Below are positions 1-11,062 of a stretch of DNA of 64,000 nt, piece after piece; within the stretch, counting starts at the first letter, position 1, and each line of letters starts with the position of its first letter. The DNA lies in NCBI RefSeq assembly GCF_006345805.1, contig NC_043001.1:100440001-100504000 (forward strand). The letters are read 5' to 3'. A model generated the notes under the pieces. That model made no database searches. It saw only the letters and a program-made list of their open reading frames with translations, and was not told the origin of the DNA. The translations under genes were made by a program, and so were the position numbers. This DNA is from Octopus sinensis. Taxonomy: Eukaryota.

Positions 1-43
<43 letters not shown>

Positions 44-668
44 TACATATTCAGTTGGTTGTTCTTCATTTCTGAATATTTCTAGTTTCTTTAATTTTTT
101 TCATTTGTTCTGGTATTTCTTCTGCCTGAAATGACCAATCCTTGCATGAAACATGCATCCTTGCAAGTTGCTCTTAATAGCTGTGGATGGTCATGGTTGG
201 CTTCACTGAATGTTTTTGTCTTTGCTGTTTGTTCTCTTCATGTCCTTGTTCAAGCAGTTCTGCAACAGTTGAGATGTTTTGCTGCAAGGCTTTGCAATCT
301 GCTGTTTGTTTTAGGATGAGGTTGGGCTTCCTCATCGTCTGTTTCTGTTGTTCTTTGAAATGTCTTAGAGGGAAGGCAGTTGCTGTGTTGTTACTGATGA
401 TTAGCTCTGAGCATGTGCATGTGTATGTGTGTGTGTATGTGTGTGTATGTATGTGTGTGTGTGTGTGTGCATGTGTATGTGTGTGTGTGTGTGTGAGTGT
501 GTGTGTGTGTTAAAGCACACACATCAAGCTATAAATAACATGTAAATATTGAGGTGGAACAACCTTTTGGGATATAAGACGTCAAAGGCCACCTTTGACG
601 TTTTCTACCCAAAAGGTTGTTCTAACCCAATATTTACAAATTGTTATTATATTATTTATAGCTGTATA

Positions 669-1087
669 GGCACAGGAGTGGCTGTGTGGTAAGTAGCTTG
701 CTAACCAACCACATGGTTCCGGGTTCAGTCCCACTGCGTGGCATCTTGGGCAAGTGTCTTCTGCTATAGCCCCGGGCCGACCAAAGCCTTGTGAGTGGAT
801 TTGGTAGACGGAAACTGAAAGAAGCCTGTCGTATATATGTATATATATATAAGTGTGTGTGTGTATATGTTTGTGTGTCTGTATTTGTCCCCCTAGCATT
901 GCTTGACAACCGATGCTGGTATGTTTACGTCCCTGTCACTTAGCGGTTCGGCAAAAGAGACCGATAGAATAAGTACTGGGCTTACAAAGAATAAGTCCCG
1001 GGGTCGATTTGCTCGACTAAAGGCGGTGCTCCAACATGGCCGCAGTCAAATGACTGAAACAAGTAAAAGAGTAAAAGAGTAAAGAGA
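669..1087 (+). mobile_element. tRNA-derived SINE, family A, full length
   Basis: A-box-like head (GTGGCTGTGTGGT), B-box-like GGGTTCAGTCCC, CORE-like CTTGGGCAAGTG, internal (TA)/(TG) tract and (AGTAAAAG)n tail. A near-identical copy lies at 46676-47093. Confidence 0.9.
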
Positions 1088-1199
1088 GCTTTATTTGTGT
1101 GCTTTGAGATATTTAAAAAAACAAATTAATTCATGTTCTCTTGAAAGTTTATAAAATTCCTACTATGTCCACATATATATGCTTATCCATATTTACCTG

Positions 1200-1403
1200 C
1201 TGGTACCACGTAAAAAGTATTCATGTTGGTGCCATGTAAAAGCATCCAGCACACACTGTGAAGTGGTTGGCATGTTAGGAAGGGCATCCAGTTGTAGAAA
1301 CCAAGCCAAATCAGACAGGATCCTGGTGCTGCTCTCCAGCTTCCCAGCTCTGGTCAAACTGTCCAACCCATGCCAGCATGGAAAACGGATGTTAAAAGAT
1401 GAT
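1200..1403 (+). mobile_element. RTE LINE 3' end / RTE-tailed fragment
   Basis: TTAGGAAGGGCATCCAG...CCAACCCATGCCAGCATGGAAAACGGATGTTAAA plus GAT tail. The same tail ends the RTE coding remnant at 36680-37385. Confidence 0.8.
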
Positions 1404-1449
1404 GGTAATATATATTTATGGATATATGTGTGTGTGTGTGTGTGTGTAT

Positions 1450-1782
1450 TCATAAAGGAAGAAGGAAAGCAGATGCTAAAAGTTACAGGCATATCTCTCT
1501 GATTTCACATGTGAGCAAGCTGTTGGAATTCATTATCGGAAGGAGGTTGATCATGTTCCTGGAACAGAATAACTTGCTCATAAACACACAACATGGTTTC
1601 TGCACAGGGAGGAGCTGCCTCACACAACTACAACAACATTAGGATTGGGTACTGAAACAGCAGCTCAACTACTCAAACATTAATGAGATATATCTCAGCT
1701 TTGCCAAAGCCTTCCACAAAGTTGATCATGGGATGATGTGTTACAAACTAAGCAAACTTGGTATCACTGGAAAACTGGGATA
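1450..1782 (+). mobile_element. CR1/Jockey-group LINE reverse transcriptase fragment (decayed)
   Basis: Translates as ...SYRHISLISHVSKLLEFII...NTQHGFCTGRSCLTQL*...IYLSFAKAFHKVDHG...KLGITGKLG, matching early RT motifs (YRPISL, QHGF..GRS, DF.KAFD.V). Confidence 0.85.
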
Positions 1783-2401
1783 TACAGTTTTAATATTATT
1801 GACTGTTAGGAATACTTAAACTAGTCAACATCGTAATTTTTAAACATGTTTTTCTAATACATAATTCTAAATTTGTCTGTTATGAACATTTAAACTTGTC
1901 AACATTGAACTTTATATTGACTATTATCTTAAATTTTAACATCCATTCATAAACCCGGTAGCATTCAAATATCACATACTACCCCTCTCATTTATCTCCC
2001 AATTCTCAATTTCTGCTATTAGCTCTCTCAGTACTCTGTTCATTCACCCCTCCATCATCTTGGTCTGACTCTCTAACGCCCTTACTCCAACACCCCACAT
2101 ACACCCATCTAGCCACCCACCTTCTCCTGCCACTACCACTTCCATGCCTCCTGTAATACCTATTCTACCTTTAAGCTTTTATCTATCCACCCTGATGACT
2201 GAGGCTCTGGATTTTACCAATGTTTATTTGCTTCCATCGTTGACTGAAAATTTTTGACGAACTATGTCTGCCAACATTATGAAGTAACTCTGAACCATCT
2301 GAACAGTCATCGGACATGTAATGCCTTCTCTCCTCTAATTCTTTGTGTCTGTGTAATTTCAGCAAATTTGCTCTATTAAAGAATATATATGTATTTATAC
2401 T

Positions 2402-2558
2402 TATTTACATTTGATGAATATTTGTCATCATCTTGTTTGTTGTTAACACAATGGTTCCACTGATGTACTCTCCAGTCTTCATTATGTGTCCTGGGGGAAT
2501 TTCGAACCTGGGTTCTCATTCCTAAGGTATTTTTCTGATGTTGTTATTGTTGTTGTTG

Positions 2559-2617
<59 letters not shown>

Positions 2618-2894
2618 GTTATTATTATTATTATTATTCAGGTCACTGCCTGGAATTGAACTTGGAATCTTGGGCTTAGTAGCCTGTGCTCTTTACCATA
2701 ATTGCCCATGGGTATATGGATACTTGTGGGCAATTATGAAGTGAACTTTTGAGCTTATAGGTTCAAAATTCCCCCAGGACACCTGAAGAAGCCTGGAGAG
2801 TACATCAGCCGAAATGTTGTGTTAACCCCAAACAAGATAAGGTCAAATATCTGTCAAATGTAAATAATGTAAATAATGTCTCTCAAATATAGAA
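2402..2894 (-). mobile_element. Composite non-autonomous retroelement: tRNA-like head, (AAT)n, hammerhead-bearing tail, plus an inverted tail copy; candidate PLE-dependent SINE
   Basis: Direct repeat ATGTATTTATACT at 2389-2401 and 2895-2907. Inverted arms at 2401-2509 and 2759-2867. tRNA-like segment on the minus strand at 2641-2700 with B-box-like AGTTCAATTCC. HHR-like motif in each arm. Confidence 0.7.
2778..2823 (+). ncRNA. Minimal type I hammerhead ribozyme motif (slightly decayed)
   Basis: GACAC-CTGAAGA-A-GCCTG..CAGCC-GAAAT-GTT-GTGTT. Stem I is GACAC/GTGTT, stem II has one mismatch, and the core reads GAAAT instead of GAAAC. A more decayed inverted copy lies at 2445-2490. Confidence 0.6.
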
Positions 2895-3021
2895 ATGTAT
2901 TTATACTAGATAGTTAATTAACTGAAACCTTTAAGTCTACTTTTCCTTTTTTACAAATATACATCTATATACATTTTGTACATTATAATGCAAGTTTTTT
3001 GCTTGTTTATTTGAATCATAG

Positions 3022-3270
<249 letters not shown>

Positions 3271-3276
3271 AATAGT

Positions 3277-3585
3277 CTAGGGTTTAAAGGCCCACAGCTC
3301 TTCAATGCCACAAAAATTAAGAAATCTGCATAAAGTGGGAGTAGATGTCTTCAAAAATGGAACTGGACATCCTCTAATCCACAATACTGGATGAACCAAC
3401 AGCCTAATATGAAGTGCAGATGAGGGCAGCAGAATCAAATTGCCCCTTATACACCAAATGGGCCAACAACTGGGACAAAAGTGCATAGAGGAATGGTGAT
3501 GTGAAATACCCCAGATTGAGGAAATCAGAAAGACCATGGTGGTGCTTCAGCATGACTGCAGCCACACGAGGGAGCTGAAATTACT
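3277..3585 (+). mobile_element. CR1-like LINE 3' end (ORF2 C-terminus plus 3' UTR)
   Basis: Frameshifted translation [29 protein letters not shown]...DEP resembles the CR1/Jockey-group ORF2 end. The 3' terminus GGTGGTGCTTCAGCATGACTGCAGCC..GCTGAAA resembles the family A SINE tail. Confidence 0.65.
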
Positions 3586-3608
3586 TCAATTCATATAATT
3601 ATTTGTTT

Positions 3609-3670
3609 AGAGTCTGATGAGCTGTCCACAAGGCTTTGGCTTTGTGGATATGAAACCTTTGGCATCTTTA
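3609..3670 (+). ncRNA. Decayed hammerhead-like motif
   Basis: CTGATGA (3614-3620), a 12-bp hairpin TGTCCACAAGGC/GCTTTGTGGATA, then GAAAC (3652-3656). The cleavage triplet and stem I are degenerate. Confidence 0.45.
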
Positions 3671-3803
3671 TGTCCAAAATTTAAATTTTTGTTGTAATAA
3701 TTATTGCTCCATTACTTATGCAATTTATCCATAGATCTTCAGCATGGTCGTCATTCTAGCATAAGGGCTGTCCACATAGTGCTCATCCCTCTCATATGTA
3801 TGC

Positions 3804-3837
<34 letters not shown>

Positions 3838-3951
3838 GAGTATAGAAATTCGGGGTGAGTACTTGATAATTATAAGCACCTGTGTATACCGTTTGGTGGT
3901 GTAGGTGGTGGAGTAAATTGATCAAAATAAAAACATGATGCCAAGGATTCA

Positions 3952-4029
3952 GCGGTACATATGTTTCGGGCCTTTATTAGACAGATTTATAACAATGCAT
4001 AATGTATGTCTGTGGCCTTCTTCAGCCGC
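3952..4029 (-). ncRNA. Type I hammerhead ribozyme motif (left arm)
   Basis: Reverse complement of 5116-5193: GCGG-CTGAAGA-AGGCC...GGCCC-GAAAC-ATAT-GTA-CCGC. Confidence 0.75.
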
Positions 4030-5115
4030 GCACAACAGCTTCCACAAGGACATGTGTTACATCAAAAATCTTGGTTGGGGATGCAAATACTCTCATTCGC
4101 GTACGACATAATGCGGCAACAGCATAGAATTGAAGCGTCCATCTCTTTCTTCTCTCAATGTAGAATGAGGAAATTTGGATGTTGAAGTAATGTAAATAAA
4201 TAAATACATATATAGACGTGAAGATGGAGGGGCGAGAATTCAGGACGAAGGATAAAAAATGTATAAAAATTGTAAGTATAGAAAAATATAAAAATGTAGA
4301 GTATAAAGATATAAAGAGATATAAGGAGATATAAAGGGGATATAAAGAATATAAAGAAATATAAATGAATGTAAAGGCATAAGGTTATAAAGTAAAAATA
4401 GAAATAGAAATAAAAGTAAAAAGTAAAAAAATAAAAATAGGAATAAAAATGATAAAAATGATAAAAATGTAAAAAAAATATAAAGATAAGGGATGTATAG
4501 AGGTTACGGACCAAACATGGTGGTCAGGAGGTTGATAAAATTTAGTTGTAGAAGCTTTGGGTGTCAATAAATCAACAGGGTCGTCTGGGGACCTAGTGTG
4601 TTGTAAATCAGAGCTGCCTGACCACCATGTTTGGTCCATAACCTCTATACATCCCTTATCTTTATATTTTTTTTACATTTTTATCATTTTTATCATTTTT
4701 ATTCCTATTTTATTTTTTACTTTTACTTTTATTTCTATTTCTATTTTTACTTTATAACCTTATGCCTTTACATTCATTTATATTTCTTTATATTCTTTAT
4801 ATCCCCTTTATATCTCCTTATATCTCTTTATATCTTTATACTCTACATTTTTATATTTTTCTATACTTACAATTTTTATACATTTTTTATCCTTCGTCCT
4901 GAATTCTCGCCCCTCCATCTTCACGTCTATATATGTATTTATTTATTTACATTACTTCAACATCCAAATTTCCTCATTCTACATTGAGAGAAGAAAGAGA
5001 TGGACGCTTCAATTCTATGCTGTTGCCGCATTATGTCGTACGCGAATGAGAGGATTTGCATCCCCAACCAGAATTTTTGATGATGTAACACATGTCCTTG
5101 TGGAAGCTGTTGTGC

Positions 5116-5193
5116 GCGGCTGAAGAAGGCCACAGACATACATTATGCATTGTTATAAATCTGTCTAATAAAGGCCCGAAACATATGTACCGC
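5116..5193 (+). ncRNA. Type I hammerhead ribozyme motif (right arm)
   Basis: Stem I GCGG/CCGC, core CTGAAGA, stem II GGCC/GGCC extended by ACAGA/TCTGT, GAAAC, palindromic helix III ACATATGT, and GUA cleavage triplet at 5187-5189. Confidence 0.75.
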
Positions 5194-5230
5194 TGAATCC
5201 TTGGCATCATGTTTTTATTTTGATCAATTT

Positions 5231-5263
5231 ATATATATATATATATATATATAGAGGTATATC

Positions 5264-5295
<32 letters not shown>

Positions 5296-5330
5296 ATATA
5301 TATATATCTATATATATATATATATATATG

Positions 5331-5406
<76 letters not shown>

Positions 5407-5409
5407 CAG

Positions 5410-5445
<36 letters not shown>

Positions 5446-5495
5446 AGAGGGGAGAGAGACGCAGACAGATAAATAGACAAACACACACACACACG
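5231..5495. repeat. Compound (TA)n-(GA)n-(CA)n microsatellite
   Basis: Directly visible. Confidence 0.95.
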
Positions 5496-6324
5496 TATAC
5501 TCACACATGTCCCTTAGACTCTTATTTGTTTTTTTTGTATGCATTTGTGTTACTTCTTTGCTTGACAGCTGTGTGTGTGTATTTATGCTGTTGTTTCAAT
5601 TGTTCCAGAGATGCTTGTTGAGTAAAAATTATGTAAAAAAAAAAAAAAGCAAATGAAAGAAGGCAAAAAATAAATGAAAACCGAAAGCAAGGAACCAAAA
5701 AAAAAAAACAAGGATAGCAAGCATATTTGAAAGATTTCAAATAATGGGATTAAATGTTTAGAAAGTTAATTGGACAGTAAAGAAGAGCAGGTGGCTGGGT
5801 TGAGGTGGGGATTGGGACTTCTTTTGTAGCAATGTTATTCTAGTTTATAAATATCACTTCTACTGGTGTTTGTGTTCTCTTACTGATGTTGCAGTTGAAA
5901 AGGGATGGACATTATAATGATGATGATGATGATGACGATGATGATGATGATAATGATGATGATGATGTACTAATCACTACACTATACTCACTAACAAACC
6001 CCTACTATGACAATGATGGCTACCACCACCACAACTACCACCACTACCACCACCACCACCACCACCACTACCACCACCAACAACAACAATAATACCACCA
6101 CCACTGCCATCACCTCATCAGCTCTACTACTGTCTCATCTGTTTATATATCATCATTGTTTTACCCTCTTCTGTCTCACATCTGCATCTCTTCTTCATCT
6201 ACTTACTTCCATATGACCCATTGGTAAGCAAACTGGTCCCTAAATATCTTCACTCATCCCTTCCTTACTCTCTGCACAAACCACGTGATGAAGACTCCTT
6301 TTTTTAATTTGATTTATTATTTCT

Positions 6325-6533
6325 CTTCAAGCTGGCAGAATCTTTAGCATTGCTGAACGAAATGTTTAGCAGTATTTTGACCATCACTACGTTCTGAGTT
6401 CAAATTCCACCAAGGTTGATGTTGCCTTACATCCTTTCAGGGTTAATTAAATAAGTACCAGTTACATACTGGGGTCGATGTAATCGACTTAATCCCTCCC
6501 CCAAATTTGAGGCCTTGTGCTTCCAGTAGAAAG
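6325..6533 (+). mobile_element. tRNA-derived SINE, family B (Meta-domain-like core), with 14-bp TSD
   Basis: GAGTTCAAATTCC B-box and core AAGGTTGATGTTGCCTTACATCCTTTCAGGGTTAATTAAATAAGTACCAG, which resembles the MetaSINE domain. Direct repeat GATTTATTATTTCT at 6311-6324 and 6534-6547. Confidence 0.8.
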
Positions 6534-7307
6534 GATTTATTATTTCTATTTACAAACCTTTAACCCATTGGTTATTTGATGAATGGTCCCAATCATTGGA
6601 TTGTTGCATTCTTCATTCATGTTTTGGAATCTTCTGATGTTTTTGGTCTTTAACCCTTGGTCACTTCTGATTTGGTAGGTCTTTAATCAAAGACATTCCA
6701 CTCATCAAGGTTTTGCAGTGGTTCCTTATCTATATTTCATTCTGAATGCTATTAAGTGCCCTTCATTTTTTAAGAGAGTACATATAATTTGAGGGAAAGT
6801 TGGGTGTTATTTCTACAATGTCATGTTAGATGTGTTGGCTCAAACAACAGTTTTTAGGTATGAATGTGCATATGTGGATGTGAGAGTGTATGTATGTATG
6901 TATGTACGTATGTATGTATGTATGTATGTATGTATGTATATATTGTATGTATGTATGCATGTATGTATGTATGCATGTATGTATGTATGCATGTATGTGT
7001 GTATGTATGCATGTATGTGTGTATGTATGCATGTATGTGTGTATGAATGTACGTCCATAGACAAGAGGAAATATTTCGTGGTAAATCCATTGATCACTGT
7101 ATTGTTATTTCCTTTTTTTTTAACAGGTAAACAATCTGCAATCAACAGGTTTTGTCTTACCAGGATGAAGGCAGGACTGACCACGGAATGACCATGGGGT
7201 ATGGCATAACAAGCAGAGTTACTCTCATTTGTCATCAGAGGATTAGCAGCCAAACTAGAGGGAGGGGAGGAAGTGCCTTCTTTCAGATCCTCCCCACCCT
7301 CTTTAGC

Positions 7308-7687
7308 ACTACCGCCACCACCACCACCACCACCACCACCACCACCAAGACAACTCCTCCATCATCACCATCATCACCATCGTCGTCGTCGTCATCATCG
7401 TCATCATAATCGTCGTCATCATCATCATCATCGTCATCATCACCATCATCATCATCGTCGTTGTTGTCATCATCGTCATCATCATCATCATCACCACCAC
7501 CACCACCACCACCACCACCACCACCACCACCACCACCATCATCATCATTGTCGTCATCATCATCATCATCATCATCATCGTCGTCTTCGTCGTTGTCGTC
7601 GTCATCATCATCATCATCCTCATCATCATCATCATCCTCATCATCATCCTCGTCATCATCATCATCGGCGGTGGCGTGTCCTCGTTG

Positions 7688-7718
<31 letters not shown>

Positions 7719-7762
7719 TCTCTGTGGCAGCAACAGCAGCAGTTGCAGCAGCAGCAGCAGCA
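7308..7762. repeat. Compound trinucleotide microsatellite (CAC/CAT/CGT/CAG)
   Basis: Directly visible. It explains the poly-His, poly-Ser and poly-Met ORFs in the track. Confidence 0.95.
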
Positions 7763-8340
7763 GAACTTCTCTCATCAATCACTCCATTTGCCCCCTACCT
7801 GCAAACAGTTTCCACCGAAAAAAAAAGTTCTTATTTGCTGAAATTATTCAACTAATTAGGAGTGTCTTATTTACTGTAGTTTTTAATTAGAAATTTAATT
7901 AGTTCTTTGAAATCTGCAACAAAACTTTGCAAAACAAAGATGTTAGATGTGTTATAAAAAATATTTTTTATAAAAATGCTTCTCATTTATAAAAAAAAAA
8001 TAAAATAAAACAGATCTAATGATGGAATTGTCAAGAACTGTCAACTTACCAGGAGAACTATGACATACATAGGAAAGAAGATCATTCAGGCAAAAATTCT
8101 TCTGCCAGAATCAAAAGTGAGAATGTGCCATCACTGTCGGAATGAATGGATGGCAAGCTTAACCGAACCACATCCTACATTCTTAAAACGTGAAGGACAC
8201 ATTGGATAATGTAGTCCAAGATGAGCATATGTAGAAAGGGCTGTTGTCCTGGGATTGAACAGCATTATCTCAAATCAGAAATCAAGCATCTACTGGATAG
8301 CTTGACTTAATTCAGTTAGGAGTCAAATTTCTCTTGAATT

Positions 8341-8590
8341 ACATCATCATCACCATCATCATCATCATCATCAACGTCTGTTTCCCATGCTGGCCTGGAT
8401 TGGAAGGTTTGGCAGAAGCTGGTAAGGCTGGAGGCTGCATCGGGCTCCATTGTACGGTTTCTATGGCTTGCTGCCCTTCCTAATGCCAACTACTTTACAG
8501 TGTATGGGGTACTTTGTATCTAGCACCAGTGCTTTACATGTAGTAACGCTGCTTTTTACATGGCACCAACACCAGTGCTCTTTTACATAG
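8341..8590 (-). mobile_element. RTE 3' tail fragment
   Basis: (CAT)n then CAACGTCTGTTTCCCATGCTGGC...TGCCCTTCCTAATGCCAAC, the reverse complement of the RTE tail. Confidence 0.75.
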
Positions 8591-10965
8591 TGATGAGGAT
8601 GATGATGATGATGATGATGAGGAGGAGGATGAGCTGCTTCTTCTTGATTCTGTTGCCTTGTTTAGCTTTCCAGGTCTCTCAGTCAGATAAACTGAGGAGT
8701 TCTTTGAAGAAGGAATGGTCAAATGTGCTCAAGCAACAATGATGTCTCAGACAAGCGTTACAAATAGAGTCAGTGAGTTTGTTGCAGGGCGAAGCATAGA
8801 AAGGAGAAACCACAGCATTGTGTTGATGCTGAGCAGAAAGCCTGGAAGCAACGATGTTCCTAACTCCAAATCATCTTTTAGATTCAGCAATTAAGAAAAT
8901 TACATTTCTAGCATTTCCAAACTACTTGAGTCTGAAGTAAAGAATATTTGCCAACATAACATGGCAGTCCTGGTTTAGGATGAATGTTGCTGTAATTTAG
9001 CCCCAGGAGACATCGTCTCCAGCTGGCTATACTGTTGTTGAATATCTCTCGTTGTGAGGTTTATAAATAGTAATTTTCTACTTGAGTCTGTCCTGTGATT
9101 TGGAATGCAATTCAATATGTAAAAGAAACAAAAGGGCTTCAGATCACCTGGCTTGACGTGGTACATGTTTAAGGGTCACTATTCTTCAAGAGCTGATAGT
9201 AATGTGCCTTTCCACCATGAGGCCCACAGCTGACTGGAAGATACTCCAAGCAACTAAATAATAAGTAACTTTCTTTCTATACCTGTTTCACAGAAATTAA
9301 GGTGCAAAACTCCAGCTGGCAATTATATCCTTTGATGGAGAGGCTTAAATAGGGGATGCTTGCAGCCATGTAATTTTATGGGATTCGGCAGATGTCATTT
9401 TCTGCGTGACTCAGTAAGAAATGTTGTTTTATTGTATCTGATCTGGTCTGTAAGGGTAGGTGGAATATAATTACTAAAGAATTCTTCAGATGTAAGAAAA
9501 GAGTGCAGTGTAATTGTGGAATCAATGGAAACAGGTTGTGAGAGGAGATGGCTGAAGTTCCTCTTGAGTTTGACATATGAACTGCTTCATCCGAGGTCAA
9601 AATTATACGATGAAGCTGGTGAGTTACACTTGAAGAATTATTTGCTACATATCTAGAACATATTGTAGCATAACCAAATACCGAACATCCTTGTTAGTGA
9701 ACTAAAATAACACCACATCATGATTAAGGCACCATGCTGTTTCCTACAAAAGCAGAGAGAAACAGCAAATTGTTAACATAGATAAATGGAAACCAAAATG
9801 AAGCTTCTAAATGATGTTAATGGTGGGAAGATATTGGTAGATTTGAAGAGAACCAATATTTTCTTCATAATTCACTGAATGCAAGAATTGTCTTGGTTTT
9901 TGCTTTCCATTTTTTAATTTCTTCAAAGCAATCTTTTGATACTCACCCCCAATTTGGTTTTTATTGTCATTTTGTGTAACACAATGTTTGAGCAATTTTC
10001 TTTACGGCGTCATCACAGAATAATCAAATAATCAAATGCTACAAAATATCATTATTCTCATTTATCATGAAAGAAAAGACTCTATTTTCTTTTTCTTGCT
10101 GTTCTTTTTAATTGTTTTTACATGATGTTGGGAGAGGAGAATGAACAAATTTACTCTAAACATACTAATAAATGATTAATTAATGGTAACAAGGCGGCAA
10201 AATAATCAAAACAATTGCAAAGCTCAACATCAGACGCAAACACCCTTGCAGCACTGAGGAAATCAAATAATTCACTGACATTTGCTGGCAATTATTATTA
10301 TTATCCTCCATTAAACATGGTTAACTGTATACTTTAGTAATTTTCTCTTATTAACAGGCTGGTGTGGTAGTTTACTGGGTTTTTAGCCTTTGGATAGAAA
10401 ATACAGTGAGCTACCTACAGGATGTGAATTATAGCCCTTCTGTAAGCCAAACTTCTGTAAGCCAAACTTCTGTAAGCTATCATGGCTACACAAGATGTGT
10501 GGCTGGAGTCCTGTGGGAAGTATTCAGTGTTGTTTTCCGTCCCTGGGGTTTTTAACTGAGTATATTACAAACGATTATTTATAGCTGTATTTATACTCTG
10601 AGATGCAGTTAAATGTCTTATTTACATATTTTTCAATGCATCTGCATTTATGATTTAAATTATACATATTCATATATATATATACATGTATATGAATTAG
10701 AGAAGAACCACCATGTAGCAATATTCCCTAATATTATTATTATACATATATATATATAAACAAAGAGGGATTATTAAGGTATTAGTAAACCAAGTGAAAT
10801 ACTACTTAAGCTTTCTGCAGATAGAAATACACCAGGTTAACAAACAGGTCATGTGACCAGCATTGCGCTTCAAATAATCCAAAATCAACGTTTGTCACTT
10901 GTTGGTCTGTTGTGACGCTGGAATAGTTGTAAGCTTCTAATAAAAAACATATATGACCCATTATT

Positions 10966-11044
<79 letters not shown>

Positions 11045-11062
11045 GTGTGTGTGTGTGTATTA

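Larger units (their letters stand above)
3834..5231. mobile_element. Palindromic Penelope-like non-coding element (inverted pseudo-LTR arrangement) between (TA)n tracts
   Basis: Near-identical inverted arms of about 615 bp at 3914-4528 and 4617-5231, with an 88-bp spacer. The left arm has an extra about 80-bp tail (3834-3913). Each arm carries an HHR and both flanks are (TA)n. Confidence 0.75.

Noticed and set aside
2190-2325. CTGATGACTG...CAGTCATCGGACATGTA, a possible decayed hammerhead
   Set aside because: GAAA is absent and no stem I can be drawn.
4155-4987. Paired hydrophobic ORFs of about 119 aa on opposite strands
   Set aside because: Low-complexity T-rich arms of the palindrome, with no domain signal.
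7273-7890. 205-aa His/Pro-rich ORF and overlapping ORFs
   Set aside because: Translations of trinucleotide microsatellites that are open in several frames and on both strands.
8670-8810. SLKKEW peptide resembling a Tc1 transposase C-terminus
   Set aside because: Too short and decayed to call.
9285-10038. Two exon-like minus-strand segments with plausible AG/GT sites
   Set aside because: Stops in all frames. Splice-like motifs are expected by chance, and a non-coding exon cannot be supported without RNA-seq.
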